Positions 38,972 through 52,129 are shown, counted from the stretch's first letter. The stretch is DNA of 64,000 bases from Octopus sinensis (GCF_006345805.1 NC_043008.1:71300001-71364000); one strand, 5' to 3'. Program-made: numbers and translations. The notes: generated by a model from the sequence alone, not told the origin.

Positions 38972-40102
38972 ACGGAATCACCCGTCGTCGCCCGTCCCGA
39001 ACGGCTCACACAAGTTCCGCCACGGAACCCAAAGAGGCGGAGAGAGGAGATACAGATAGATACTGCCACAACCTCAACAGCACAGAGATACAGAGGCACA
39101 ACCCGAGATACAACCCAAAGAGGCAAGGCAACAACTGGCAACACTGGCTTATATTCAAACAACAGTTTATACGACAATTACAATTGTTACAACATCAAGA
39201 TACATCAAAGCATGCACGTGACTACTCAATACATAATACAACAGCATTTCAAGAGTACAACTCAAAGCATAATACAACATCATGTAACAATTCAAGAGTA
39301 CACGTCCCAAGACAACAGTTCTTTAAAGTCTCTTCCTAAACATCACAATCAACAAGTCCTTTACTCTTCTTCTTCACAATGTCCTTTATCGACCACATCG
39401 ACAGAGTCCTTGACTGTTCTTTTCACTGTTTAATACACCGTGACACATATCAATGCACAAACATATACCTCAATTCCTAATTGAATCTACCAGTGTCCCA
39501 TTCCTCTCAATACTGCTAATTCCTCCGAATACTGCTAATTCCCTTCTGTGCCGCCAAGCTTTCTCGCATCCAACTTGCTCCTAAGAATTCCAACGCTTGC
39601 TCCTTAAATCCAAGGTCCGTCTGTCTTCTTCGAGGACCGGCCAGCGACTGCACTTCTTGACGACCAACTGCGAACTGCCCAAAACCTCACCTCCTCGTCC
39701 TGACTTCCACTACCTCATCTCCCTCTGTCTATATCGCTCATACCCTTTCTAATTGCTCTCTTAGCCTTATACTCTATCTCTATTCTCAATCTGTCCCTTA
39801 CTGCTTATAGCCTTTCTATTTGCCCTCTGGTCTTACTGCCTATCTCTATCGCCTGCTGCCTATTACCCTCTCATGACAGCTCTACCATACTCTCTGCCTG
39901 TCCCTCTCTGCCCCCTCATCCTCTCTCACGACATATTCAAGGGGTGTCCAGAGCGACCCCTAATTCACCCGCACAAGGTCACAGGTCATTCCAAAACCCA
40001 TTAGTCCTCCATTAAACAAAAGACTGTCACTTTTCTACTAGACATGCCGGAACCATAATTCCAATGTGGGTCACCGGGAAATGCACCAGCTAAACCGTAA
40101 CA
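38968..40102 (-). mobile_element. Solo LTR (1135 bp), probably Gypsy-type
   Basis: Perfect 8-bp terminal inverted repeat TGTTACGG...CCGTAACA, ATAT on both sides within (TA)n, no coding capacity; orientation inferred from a U5-like GT-rich end on the minus strand. Confidence 0.85.
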
Positions 40103-40150
<48 letters not shown>

Positions 40151-40154
40151 GCAG

Positions 40155-40410
40155 ATAAATTGATAGATACAACTGAGTGGGCAAACAAATATATGAGAAA
40201 CTGTAGTGTTTTTTTATATTTTGATAAGTCTGGTACTTATTCTATCAGTTTCTTCTTGTGAAACCAGTAAGTTATGGGGATGTAAATAAACGAACACCAG
40301 TTGTGAAGCAGTGATAATGGAGAAACACAAAGACACACACATAGACTTACATATATACATACATATACATACAATTGATTTGTTTCAGTTTCTGGCTACA
40401 AAATCCACTA
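40155..40410 (+). repeat. Local direct duplication, copy 2
   Basis: Diverged copy of 36122-36403 that continues into a family B SINE. Confidence 0.9.
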
Positions 40411-40530
40411 ACAAGGCTTTGGTTGGTCTGAGGCTATAGCAGAAGACATATGCTAAGTTACCACACAGTGGGACTGAATTGAGGACCATGTGTTTTGGAA
40501 CCAAGTTTGTTACCACACAGCCACACCTGC
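40383..40530 (-). mobile_element. tRNA-derived SINE family B (OK-like)
   Basis: Reverse complement GCAGGTGTGGCTGTGTGGTAAC...ATGGTCCTCAATTCAGTCCCACTG...ACCAAAGCCTTGTTAGTGGATTT. Confidence 0.8.
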
Positions 40531-40764
40531 ACCTATGTATGTGTGTGTGTGTGGGTGTGTGTGTGTGTGCATGTGTGTATGGGTGTATATATGTATGCAT
40601 GTATATATGTGTATATATATGTGTACATATTACATATACATCTCTCTATATATATATACATCTAGACATACATGTATACATATACATGTATATCTATAGA
40701 AATACATCTGTTAATATACATGTATACATATAAAGCTATACATATACATGTATACATATACATC

Positions 40765-40810
<46 letters not shown>

Positions 40811-40929
40811 CATCCATATATATATATATACATGTATATATATATACATTCATATTCATACAATACAGAGATGCTTTTGTTTCATTTTTAACACGTAATA
40901 CTGAAATAGTGGAGAAGATGTGATATTGC

Positions 40930-41039
40930 TGTGGGCTCGCCCTAGGCAAGAAGTTAAAATTGTGTAGTTCTCAAGTTTTAGGGATTCACACAGATAGACA
41001 GACAGACGGACACACATTCTCATTTTTATATATATAGAT
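40930..41039 (-). mobile_element. Helitron-type 5' terminal fragment
   Basis: Reverse complement starts A|TCTATATATATAAAAATGAGAATGTGTGTCCGTCTGTCTGTC: TC terminus plus a (GTCY)n tract, as in Lep1/DINE-like Helitron ends. Confidence 0.6.
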
Positions 41040-41179
41040 AACGGTAGTGCTATGTAAGTGAATCATGTCAGACGTATCCTGGAGACTGTCAGAATGATTT
41101 AGACGCTTCTCATTAGAACCCAGTAAGGTTCAAAAATTAATTAAGGTCGTTCATCATTTCGTCAGCTTGCAGGAAAATG

Positions 41180-41726
41180 GCTAACAATTTGCCCTGTTTA
41201 TAATTATACCATATATTGTGTGGACTAAGTTCCCCGTTGACTGGCCGTTTGTATTTATAGCATGTTAAATACTTTCGGTATGCAAATTAGGGACTTTTTC
41301 ATAGAGTAACTGCTGCATATGTTGAGTATATAAACAGTTTGGTTGTGTGTTTCTCTGGACTCTGTCAGAATGATGTATACGTTGTTTTGTCATACTATGC
41401 ACGTATTGATATCTCATTTGTAGGTTTCATTACTATGCAGAGAACTGGCTAAATGTTTGCCTGGTTTATAATTGTACCAAATATTACATATTTATTATAT
41501 CATACCTTGGTGCTGTGTGGACTAAGATCCCCGTTGACAAGCCTTTGGTATTTATAGAGTGTTAAACACCTTCGGTATGCAAATTAGGGATTACTTCAAA
41601 GAGTAACTGCTGAATTTTGTTGAGCATATAAGCAGTTTAGCTGTTTGTTTCTCTGGAGACTGTCAGAATGATGTATACGTTCTTTTGTTATACTATGTAA
41701 GCATTTATATCTCATTTGTAGGTTTC
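41180..41726. repeat. Two tandem ~250-280 bp units downstream of the Helitron ORF
   Basis: 41180-41427 and 41448-41726 are colinear (TGTGTGGACTAAG...GTATGCAAATTAGGGA...CTGTCAGAATGATGTATACG...ATCTCATTTGTAGGTTTC); partial third copy at ~41080-41100. Confidence 0.85.
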
Positions 41727-41759
41727 CGATCTTTGAGCATCATCTCAACTCTTAATTGT

Positions 41760-43010
41760 GTTATGTCTTCGTTTAATTTACTATTTTAATCAGGTAATCG
41801 CTTATAAACAATGTTACATATTTTGCCAGAAGGAGCATAAAGAAATGCATGGCGTGGACTTCCAATTCCTATACAATATTCTTCAAGTTGTAGCTCAGCA
41901 ATAAATAAAGTTTTTCCAGTGGTTTGTTTGTAGACATGGGAAAACTTAGTTTTACAGGAAACTGTATCTATTTGAATACAAATGATATTTTTTGCCAAAC
42001 CATATGAAGGTTATTCTGTGTATAAAAACATCTGCCATGGAACAACCAGTGAAAATAGTAGCCTCAATAATATGTTATTATTTTGATTTTACCACAGTCT
42101 AGTACCATTACACAACGGAGGCTGGTCAAGTTTCTTCTGTAGTAGCATTATTATGACTCCTACGTTTAAAAAAGGTGCTGCTGTGAGAGCACAGGAAGTT
42201 CTAAACAATATAAGAATTCAACAAGATAGTTGACAACCTCTGCAGGATCTGAAATTAACCCATCCCTTTGTATTAAAGGCAAAATCCGGTGAAAATCTTC
42301 TAATAGCCCAGTGGTAACTACACCCATCAATACTTCAGAATTTCTTAAATCCTGCAAGCTTGGGTTCAAAAATGTCAAAGACATTTTGTTTGCCATCGTG
42401 CACTCATTCCAAACAATGAGATGACTTTTCTCATCCAGGACATTTTACTGATATTACAAATTAGTGTATCGTTGTTAGCTAAATTTAAGAGAAAATTTGA
42501 AAGTAGATTGAGCTTTTCGTCCTCCCGGAAGTAGTGTAAGAACAATATCTGAAGAGCACAACAGTCAAAACTATGTTTTTCACTTGTCGAACTTCGGAGA
42601 ATCACAAATGTTTTACCGGTCCTGCCGGAGCATGGAGAAAAGTAACCCTCTTCTCCGAAAAAATAAAAAACAGAAACAAAATCAAACAAACAAGCAAAAC
42701 AAACCCAATTTGTATTGTAGAATGTTTTTTTTCCATGGAACAAATTGGGTTTCTTTCGGCGAAGATATCACGACAGGTTTCACTGCTGTAATAAGTTTCT
42801 TTTAATACTTCTGTTGTTAAGCAATTAAATTCAAAACAATCAGATTGAGAAAGACCACAATTAATGCTGTATTGCAGATGTCATCAGTGCACCATATATT
42901 TCTGCCAGGACAATGAAGCTAAATGTGGTATTTATAATATTTTACCATATGGTTTGTGTATTTTAGCCCTACTGATACTGGATCCCCTAAATCACAGCTT
43001 TGCAATTAGT
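41760..43010 (-). mobile_element. Helitron RepHel PIF1-like helicase fragment, internally deleted
   Basis: GRTGKTFVI (Walker A region), MANKMSL...SLQDLRNSEVLMG...EDFHRILP, NYLVEFL, PPLCNGTRL, LQLEEYC...GSPRHAFLYAPSGKICNIVY*. Confidence 0.9.
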
Positions 43011-43655
43011 TCATGTCTGTTGGCGTAGAAAGCACTGTTTAAATTTCGTCCCATTTAGGATTTCAAGAGAATGTGAAGAAAAGACCAAGACATCCATAAT
43101 TATGTACATAAGGCATAGCATTTTTTGTTTTCTTATACATATATCACAGGCCTTCTGTAAAATTGGAAGGCAGGATACGAAATTTTCCAAGTTTTCACTC
43201 TACAATAACGTTATTAATGCCATCTTGAGAATGCATGCATGATAAATGCACGAATGATAAACGTTGACAAACAGCTATATATGAGAAACAGAGAGAGGGG
43301 GAGAGCGAGAGAGGAGAGGGAAGAGTGAGAGCAACGAAAAAGAGAGTACAGTGAGAAAGAATGAGATATAGAGAAATAGGAGTCTAAAAATAAAAGAGCG
43401 GTGCGAGAGAAACTTCATTAACAGGGAGCATGTGTGTGCGTTGGTGTGGTGTGCTTGTGTGCATGCGTGTATGTGCGTGCGTGTGTGTATTTTTCTGTTT
43501 TATCCAATGTCCTGTTTATAAATTGTTAGTGTGTGACATTCAGGAAGATTTGGTAGTTGTTCCCAGCAGGTCTAGCAACTACACAGATTCTCTCATTTTC
43601 TCACAAACCAAAATACAGACACACATATATATGTACATCCCCCGCACAATCAGAC

Positions 43656-43719
<64 letters not shown>

Positions 43720-43726
<7 letters not shown>

Positions 43727-43905
43727 GGAAAGTTTACGAAAATAAACAAAAGACGAAGGCAGGTGGAATACAAACAAACAAATGTATTAGTATAGCGCTC
43801 AGGAATAGAAAAAGTCTTTTACGTTTCGCGCCTACGCTCTTCGACAGAAAGATACACAGAAAAAAACAAGGCGAGACAAAAATGCGTGTAGGAGCTAACC
43901 ATCTA
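43720..43905 (-). repeat. Short interspersed repeat with hammerhead-like motif, copy 3, between (TA)n tracts
   Basis: Reverse complement homologous to 32779-32980. Confidence 0.85.
43815..43852 (-). ncRNA. Candidate minimal type-I hammerhead ribozyme (A6U core variant)
   Basis: Reverse complement TCTTT-CTGTCGA-A-GAGC-GTAG-GCGC-GAAA-CG-TA-AAAGA; NUH = GUA; one stem II mismatch. Confidence 0.5.
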
Positions 43906-44630
43906 TCATATATATATACATGGATTAATTTTAAATCGTTAATTGCTGATAAAACTGAGTAATTGCATTTCTCTTTAAAGTGGCAAAAAGGAGAGGGAAA
44001 GAGAGAAAAACAAAGAGGGAAGGTTGTAGGCAATGAAGGAAGTAATGGTGTATCGATGTGCTGAACGACAACTTATGTAAACTTACAAATACCTAGCACT
44101 GTATTTCAATTTCTTACACCTAAACCTTTCCTTCTAACCCTCTAATAATCGCTGTATTTCATTCGGGTTTTACAAGTTTTACTTATGTATATGTCTATGT
44201 GTGTGTGTGTGAGTGTATGAGTGTGTCTACGCATTAATGCTTCTTGACAACAGTCCTTGAAGCTACGTATTCCTCACATCCATATTCATCTTTCTTTCTC
44301 GGCGTTTCGATTGTTACGTATGTCTATATATATATTTGAGGGTGCGTGAGTGTGTGTTGCGTGTGTGAGTGCGAGTGAGTGTGTGTGTGTGTGTATGCAT
44401 GTATTTATGTATTTTCGTACGCATGTACGTAGCGTCCATCGTAATATATTTTCATCTTTCACGAAGTCACGCCCACTGCTTGGAAATTTCCAAATTTAGA
44501 TTCCGTAATTTAACGTCTACTTTATCTCGCTCATTCAAGTTCAGTACACATCTCAGCCCACACCACACACATTCAGTAGCATATCACAGCCAAAATAGCC
44601 CAACGATTGTCTAGTTTCATAAGCAACAGG

Positions 44631-44634
<4 letters not shown>

Positions 44635-44663
<29 letters not shown>

Positions 44664-44765
44664 TGTATGTATGTATGTATGTATGTATGTATGTATGTAT
44701 GTATGTATGTATATACAAACATATGCATACATGCATTCATACATTCATACATACATACATACATA
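44635..44765. repeat. (TATG)n/(CATA)n microsatellite
   Basis: Directly visible. Confidence 0.95.
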
Positions 44766-45000
44766 CAACCATGTTTATCGGTATCTAAAAATAAACATTG
44801 TCAACACATCGAGTGCTGGACGTAACTCAAAACACTATCGTAATAATCTTGATCAAATTCATGAACATAATAGTGATGATGATGATGATTATGTCTACGA
44901 TATTCATCGTATATATGCATGTTCGTCTGAGTGTATGTCTGTGTGCGTCTGTATGTAATTAATTATATATGAATTCATAAGCCCAGAAACATAGACACAC

Positions 45001-45038
<38 letters not shown>

Positions 45039-45071
45039 GTGTGAATATATATTCCTATATCTATACAGAAG

Positions 45072-45122
<51 letters not shown>

Positions 45123-45959
45123 GTGTGCGTATCTTAATATTAATCGAATAGCGAATTTGATTTACTAAATATTAAACTACATTGATTGAGCGATGAAACT
45201 TTGAACTTAAAGCCTAACTTTAAAAAAAATGGATATAAATATCAAGGAACAAAGCCACACACAGTAAAGTAAAACAAAGCATACAGAACGCAGAACAATA
45301 TAATCTAGAACATTCAAGGAAATTCCTTATATATCAATGCGATATTTTCTACTTGCGTAAACACAATTCCAATATTTCTCACTTCATGCATGAAATTCAT
45401 TTTGTGTTTTTGAGAAAAAAAATTAGATAAAAATATATTCCGATCATCTTATTTTTATTTCCTCTTATGTTTGCTCTTGTTGTTCAAACTAGGTTCCTAA
45501 GAGTTTTCTTTGATTTAATACGATCTCATTTTTGTTTTTGTGGCTTTTAATGCTTTTTATTTAAATTTATATATGCTTACGATATATTTTTCTTCATCTG
45601 TATTTCAACTCATTTCCTATTATTACGCCAGCCTGCCTCAGAACACACACATTTTTATACATTAAATATTTTATTCCATAAACACATTTCTACTTCGAAC
45701 TAGCAAAACCACGCAAAAAGACAAAGAAAGAAGGAAATAAAAAGGAAAATAGGAAAAGAAACAAAATGTAACAGGAAATCGTCATCAGCATCACCATCAT
45801 GTTTCAATAAAAGGAAACATGAAAAAAGAAGAAAAAGACACATTAAAACAAAGATATTGAATGAAAAATAAAAAAAAAAATCGATCAAAAATTTCTAATA
45901 CGGATGTTTATGTTTCTTTGTTTTGCTTCTTATTTTTCATTGTAACGTTTGTTTTGACT

Positions 45960-45972
45960 TAATAATAATAAT

Positions 45973-46009
<37 letters not shown>

Positions 46010-46055
46010 GCAACAACAATAATAATAATGATAATAATAATAGTTGTTATAATAA

Positions 46056-46127
<72 letters not shown>

Positions 46128-46249
46128 CAACCTTCATAACAAAAAGTTTTACTTCTACCATCATGAATATTATTGTGATTATGATTAAAGTTGTTACTGC
46201 TTTGCTGTTATTATAATTGTTATCATCATCATCATCATCGTCATTATCA

Positions 46250-46322
<73 letters not shown>

Positions 46323-46335
46323 TATTATTACTATT
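45960..46335. repeat. (AAT)(AAC)(CAT)(ATT) trinucleotide block
   Basis: Directly visible. Confidence 0.95.
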
Positions 46336-46339
46336 ATCT

Positions 46340-46730
46340 TTTTGTTGGTGTTAATACTGTTGTTGTTTCCCGTTTCACTAGTTCGGAGTGTGTCCGGCTT
46401 AATTATGCACCCCTCATCTCATTACACCGACGAGAACACGTGGACTAGGATCAGAAATATTTTGTACCATCTGGTGAGAATTTTTTTTTTCGTGCTCTTC
46501 CATTGTACTTTTACTTTATATTGAGAATATTTCAAATATTCTTGCTGAAACCAGGAAACGTGTTTTCTGCATACATTTCCCTTTCATGAAGTTTTTTAAT
46601 TTTATTTTCTTTTTTCCTGCTTTTTCCTCGGATTTTTTTCTCACTGTTCCAAACACTCCAATAATAATCAACAGTATAATGATCTTCTTGACTTCTCTGT
46701 TCCAGCTCCTGAGTATTTCATACTTCACCT
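46340..46730 (-). mobile_element. 3' end of an RLE-type (R4/Dong/NeSL-like) LINE
   Basis: KYEILRSWNREVKKIIILLIIIGVFGTV...MQKTRFLVSARIFEIFSI* matches the C-terminal K-Y...W...IIIG.LG...LQK...L..ARIL pattern; a 3' UTR then runs into (AAT)n. Confidence 0.6.
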
Positions 46731-48199
46731 CGTAATATTGTTCTATTCATTCTTTCTCTTTTTGTTTTACTCTGGTGTTATATACGCATACAACGTCATT
46801 TACATTTCACAGTTTCTTCTTGTCGAAAACTACAATATACGGTCCTACGCGTTTTATTCCTTTTTCGGTTTGCATAAGAAAAACCATTTTGATGATTTAC
46901 ATTTCTTATCTCACAAAATATTAATTGCTCTTTTCCGTGGAGTCAAACCAAATTTCCTGCGAAAATTTCTAGTGCAGTGCAGCCTCCATTTTATCAGTTC
47001 AAGCAATTTGCAGGCATATACACGTATAAAATTGAGCTGGAGAATACTCCTATATTCTAGCTCAATAGTCTAGGCTTATCTAATGGCGCTTTTGATCTAA
47101 TTTAGCCTTAGTACATTTTCCTGAGTTGGCGAAATTATTCATCGGTGTACTTCAGTACTTCTTCGTTTCAGCGGCCCTTCTCATCTATTTTACTTTTGAG
47201 ATTTTTGTTTTTGAAAAATACTGACTGAAACTTTCTTCCTTCAAATTTAATTCCTAGCTTCTACAATTTCATGGTTGTTGGTTTTTCAGTTATGAACAAT
47301 CTGTAAATTGCCCTTCATGTATTACACCCATAAGGAATATTTTCTAGATATGAATCTAGACTTGACTTTTCATCAGGTAAAGAGTTGATAAGTTATAAGG
47401 TGCAATTATACTGCAAAAGTACAGGAAAAACATTTCCAGAAATGTTACAAAAATCGACTGGTATGCAACCTTATACATACTAAACTAAAAATACTCCTTG
47501 CAATAAATTCTGCGTTGTCAATCATGACAATCATGTCATGCTATGAAAATATTGAATATATTGTACAGAAAATACATGTACTTGGGACTGCGGCTGGAAG
47601 TTGATCTTAATAACACACGTGGATTTCAACAGATACTTCAGAGAGTTAAAAATATTACAAGAAACGTATTGCCTCTATAAAGTCCCTGGCAATACAATCT
47701 ATATTTAAAGAGTAGCAATATCGAACTTAAGAAACCAGGCATTCAGAAATATATTTAAGACTTATAAAAATACAGTATTAACATTTTTAACCAAGTGTTT
47801 TGCTTGCTATGGAGGTTCGTGGTGCCATCGCTTATCGCTATGCTAGAAATTGAAGGCAATTCTCACTCAGATCTATCCATATAAGGGTATTGGACAATAT
47901 TGTGATAGATGTATGCAAGAAATATTTTAATGTTGCCTTTAGAAAGAATATTTCACATCTCGTATATATCATAACATTACATAACTGGTTTTGTAAATAA
48001 ATTTCCTTTTGCAAGAGGCAACTAACAAATCAGTCCTTGTAAAAGTTTGTTGCTCAATTCCCGTGGTTATTGAACAAGAGAATTCTAATGAAACAAACAC
48101 AAAAGCTGCGATTACAGAGAGTTGTAACTTGAAATTGAGAAAGTAAGATGGTTGCTAATTTAGAAAATTCCTATCTGTCTTCCCCGCAAACACACATAT

Positions 48200-49277
48200 T
48201 TCACAATTTTAAAATGACATTTCAATGTTTTAAGCAGTTTGTAAATCATTCAAACGATGCCGCATAGTCGCTGTATGGTCCCAATAAGCAAATTATCGTT
48301 GCGGATGTTGCAAACACGTGTCGAAATCTACGCACCGGTAGCAGGTCGTGAGAATATAACAGACACTGTTAACCAATTAGAAGTAAAAGAAGTACCTGTA
48401 GATTTTGAAAGAAGTACCTGTATATTTTGAAATATTAAAAAGCAGTAATGAATTAATCCAACGAGAGGGGTCTAGACTGAAATTGACACAGCTGCAAGAT
48501 ATAACAAGAGGCAAAGAGGGAAAATGGTGGTTTATACAATCTATAACTGACAAGCAAGAAAATGGAAATAGCTGGCGAGGAAGATATAGAAGAGTGGTTG
48601 GAAGATATAAGGAATGACATTGAATTCTTCTGCAGAGGAAGAAAGTTTGGCACAGTGGATGTGTGCTCGCCTACTGTGGAGGGGGCAGTAAAGTACTCCA
48701 CTTTTCCATTGAAAAGGAAAGAATGGGCACTCCTGCCAACTTTTCTCGAGAAATGAGAGGCGAGAGAGAGGATTGACAGGGTTGCCCCTGAGATTAAAGA
48801 GATGTAGTTGCTTGCAGCAATACTGTAGGTAAGCAGAACAAAGCAGTTAAACTGGGCCCACAGTGGCCACTAAAATGAAAAAGATAGTCGGTAAGCTTCT
48901 AAAGAACAGACATAAAGTGTATACTAATAGAAATGGACAGGTAAAAAGAAAAACCTAAATGAAACTTTCGGTAATGACATAGCCCCACTGGTACCAGAGG
49001 TGAGATACAACTCTCTACCTCCTGTGATAGAATACGAGAACTTGAAACAATAAATGATCCGATAATGTAAGTTTAAATTTGATATAAAATCGATAGACAT
49101 TGAAGGAAAAATAGTTAAATGGCACTGCTCGAGAGTGGGGCTCGGAGTAGCCATTCTACCCGCATTGATTATATAATTCATTTCCTTTATTCGATCATGT
49201 TTTATGCCCCACCCCTGTATTGTCTGTCCTTGTGCTGTCCTCTGTGCATTGGGCCCACAGTGGCCAATAAAGAAATT
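48200..49277 (+). mobile_element. ORF1-only L1/Tx1-like unit 1 (internally deleted)
   Basis: ATG 48305 (MLQTRVEIYAP...), RGRKFGTVDV, WALLPTF, C-terminal FGNDIAPLVPEVRYNSLPPVIEYE; 3' UTR ends AATAAAGAAA at 49266-49275; no ORF2; 22-bp tandem duplication at 48386-48429. The 5' boundary is uncertain. Confidence 0.8.
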
Positions 49278-50827
49278 GAGAGTCGGTGCGCTGTATAAAG
49301 CCGAGGGTTGCGTATGTTCGAGTGTAATTACCAGTATTGTGTATCTTGAGTAAAACGATTTACGAGGACGTAATTTGTAATCCCGTTATATCGTACGTCG
49401 TTAGCGATACAACAGTGGCGACGAGCATTCGGTTAATACCTCCACTGATACAACAGTAGCGTGATGTTTCGAACAGTACCGAGGATTCGAACAAGATTGA
49501 AACTGAAAGTAGTACCGAAATGGGAGAGCTACTGAAAGCAGTCGTAAAACAACAAGAGCAGCAGCAACTAGAGAAGGTAACAGAGTTGTTACTGCAGTCG
49601 AGAAATACGACAGAATCACTTTGCAATGATGTTGCAAACTCTATCGAAGTATTCCAGTACTTTCCCGATGAATGAACTACCTTTACCAGGTATTACAGAC
49701 AATACGAGGACATATTCAGATAGGAATGTAAGGGATGGTCGTGTGAACGGAAGGTAAGGCTCTGGAACACGAGAGTTTTTCTAACTTTATTTTACCGAGA
49801 AAGCCCGCGGAATTGTGTTTTGATGAAACGATAAAAATTTTGACTAGTATTTTTAGCGAAAATATTCGCTGTTTAACATTCGGTGAGAATGCTTAATAGC
49901 GGTATTATTAATACGGCCTGTGAAAGGTTTAAGCTTGGAGAATTAATGTCAGATATGTTCAAGTGCCTAATATTTGATAAAGGGCTTGAGAAATAAGACT
50001 TAAAGAAATGACGCGGAAAAGTAAAATAATGGTATCTAAAAATACAATGAATCTGTTCGGTACAGATTTAATGGAAGAATTCGACCTACCATTGAATACA
50101 TTATGTAATAAGGTGAATGTGTCCATGTGTCCATGTCAGATAATACATCGGAAAAATTGAAATTAAAATTAAAGAAGATGTACACTGATGTATCCTTGAA
50201 GGAACTCGGAACGTGTAAAAGAATCAAAGTAAAGTTTAATTTGAAAGAAAATGTAGTACCGGTGTTCAAACCGAAAAGGAATGTGCCTTTTGCGGAGCTA
50301 AATCAAGCTGAGAAGGAACTGAAAAGATTGGAAGACATGGAGGTAATAAAAAAAGTAGACTACTCACAATGGGCGGCTTCTACTGGATATATAAAAAAGG
50401 AAAACAACACAATAAGAGTACGTGCGGACTTCGCAACTCGTCTTAATGATTGTTTAAAAAATTACAAGCTATATTTGTCAGAGGCCTACCTCCAATTACT
50501 AAACAATCTGCTGAAATATTAACAACTAATACTCATAAACGTCTGTACCGCTTCAAAGACAGCCATTTGGGGTTAAGTTCGCACTAGCAATATTTCAGCA
50601 AGTCATGGACACTATGCACGCAGACTGTCATTTTGCGGTCCCATACTTGGATGACATATTGATCAAAAGTGAATCGAGGACCTGAATTCTGTACATGTTA
50701 AAAATGTTTTTAAAAGAATAAGCGACTATAAATTTAAGGTAAGTGAAAAGAAATGCGATTTTTTAAAAACAAACTTAAAGTACTTGGGACAGGTAATCAA
50801 TGAAAACAGACGAAAACCGGACTAAGC
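49278..50827 (+). mobile_element. Gypsy LTR retrotransposon (K02A2.6-like): LTR 3' part, PBS, gag and RT fragments
   Basis: LTR segment ends ACAACA at 49414; PBS TGGCGACGAG at 49416-49425; gag from ~49520 (SIEVFQY...YEDIF...KVRL, FILPRKPAEL); RT VFKPKRNVPF, SQWAA, IRVRADF, FQQVMD, PYLDDIL; protease region deleted. Confidence 0.92.
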
Positions 50828-52120
50828 GCAGTGGAGGATAGGTTCTCCAATGAAGAGGATGCTATTAATCACTCCACTAAGCCGATCGTTTCACAAGAGT
50901 ATGTGCCGCTACCGACGTAGTGTGGCAAACGAGTTGCCAGAGTGAGAGTCGGCAGAGAGCCCTCCGACATCGAAGAGGTATGGCTGGTGGTAGCAGTCAT
51001 GCATGGAATGGAGAAAGATGCAAGGATCCTTATAGTAACTATAGCGAAAAAAGTTAATTCTTGGGGCTACGGCCTAGCGATGGTGATTCAAGTTGGATAA
51101 AAGTACCTACACGGAATTGTAGAGGAGATTCTTCAACCAGAAGATATTACGTTAAGTGGAGGGAAGACCTCCATCATGTTTTCTATGTAAAAAAAAGGGC
51201 ACATGAGAGGAAGGTGCCCCCAAAATAATGTGGGAGAACAAAAACACGAAGGACAGCCCGCCGAAGAGGAGGAGCCGGAAATAAAGGAAAACAACGAGGT
51301 GACGTTTACAGTCGTAAATAGGCGAAAGGGGAAAGAGCGGGCAAGTCTCCGCCAGAGAGCCAAAAACGAATGAAGAAAGTAGACGATAACATAGAGGAGG
51401 TATCAAGGAACTGGTTAGACATACCAGCAGAGGTATCAAAACATTTGGGTGGAAGATATAATCACGGACGATTATTTTTATGTACAGATGGGGGAACCAA
51501 AGGAAGCGACTAGCCTGGATGGCCCAGGTCCGGAGCATAAGCAAGTAAATGCGAGTAATAAAAGGTGGTATATGGTCATATATGTGAAAATCACCGCCAT
51601 AGAACGGAAAATAACGAAGGTGCCATAAGGATTAAATTGCCAGCAAAATGTTACCTGGAACACATCAAGGGAGTGGTGATTGACAAGGAAAAGTACAAAA
51701 GGTTGAAACTATTATTTGAAGATGATGTGAAACCTTGGGGCGAACAGATTGAATTTGAGAAACTACCAGAATTAGTTAAATACGAAGAGTTAATACCCTT
51801 AATAAATGATAATAGAGAAGTCCTTTAAAAATAAAAATATAGAAGAAATAAACTTTCTAAAAAATAGTAAAAATATAGAAATAAAGAGGAAAAAAGAAAA
51901 ATTCCAAAAAGCAACAGAAAACTTTAAAAAATTGTATAAATTAACTGTTAAATGGTAATGTTCGTGATTGTTGCTCAATGCAGCCATTTCCTCATCATCG
52001 ATTTCATTATACATTTTTTTAATTTTTCGTTCGTTTTATTTTTTTGTACCCACTGTAATTTTCTGTCTGTCCCTGTGCTGTCCTCTCTGTGTAAATGGCC
52101 GCAGTGCCAAAACAAAGACA
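50828..52120 (+). mobile_element. ORF1-only L1/Tx1-like unit 2 (5'-truncated)
   Basis: GKRVARVRVGR, CCHC knuckle CFLCKK-GHMRGRCP at ~51177-51220 (1-nt frameshift), C-terminal LFEDDVKPWGEQIEFEKLPELVKYEEL, then A-rich spacer and family 3' UTR. Confidence 0.85.
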
Positions 52121-52129
52121 GAGAAAGTC

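Noticed and set aside
41080-41726. Spaced repeats of GACTGTCAGAATGAT resembling a CRISPR-like array
   Set aside because: The intervening sequences are homologous to each other, so these are ordinary tandem units in a eukaryotic Helitron.
48850-48895. Internal copy of the unit 3'-end motif (GGGCCCCACAGTGGCC...AAAGATAGTCGGT) within unit 1
   Set aside because: It cannot be resolved as a separate insertion by eye, because it lies where ORF1 is internally deleted; noted as a caveat to the target-site hypothesis.
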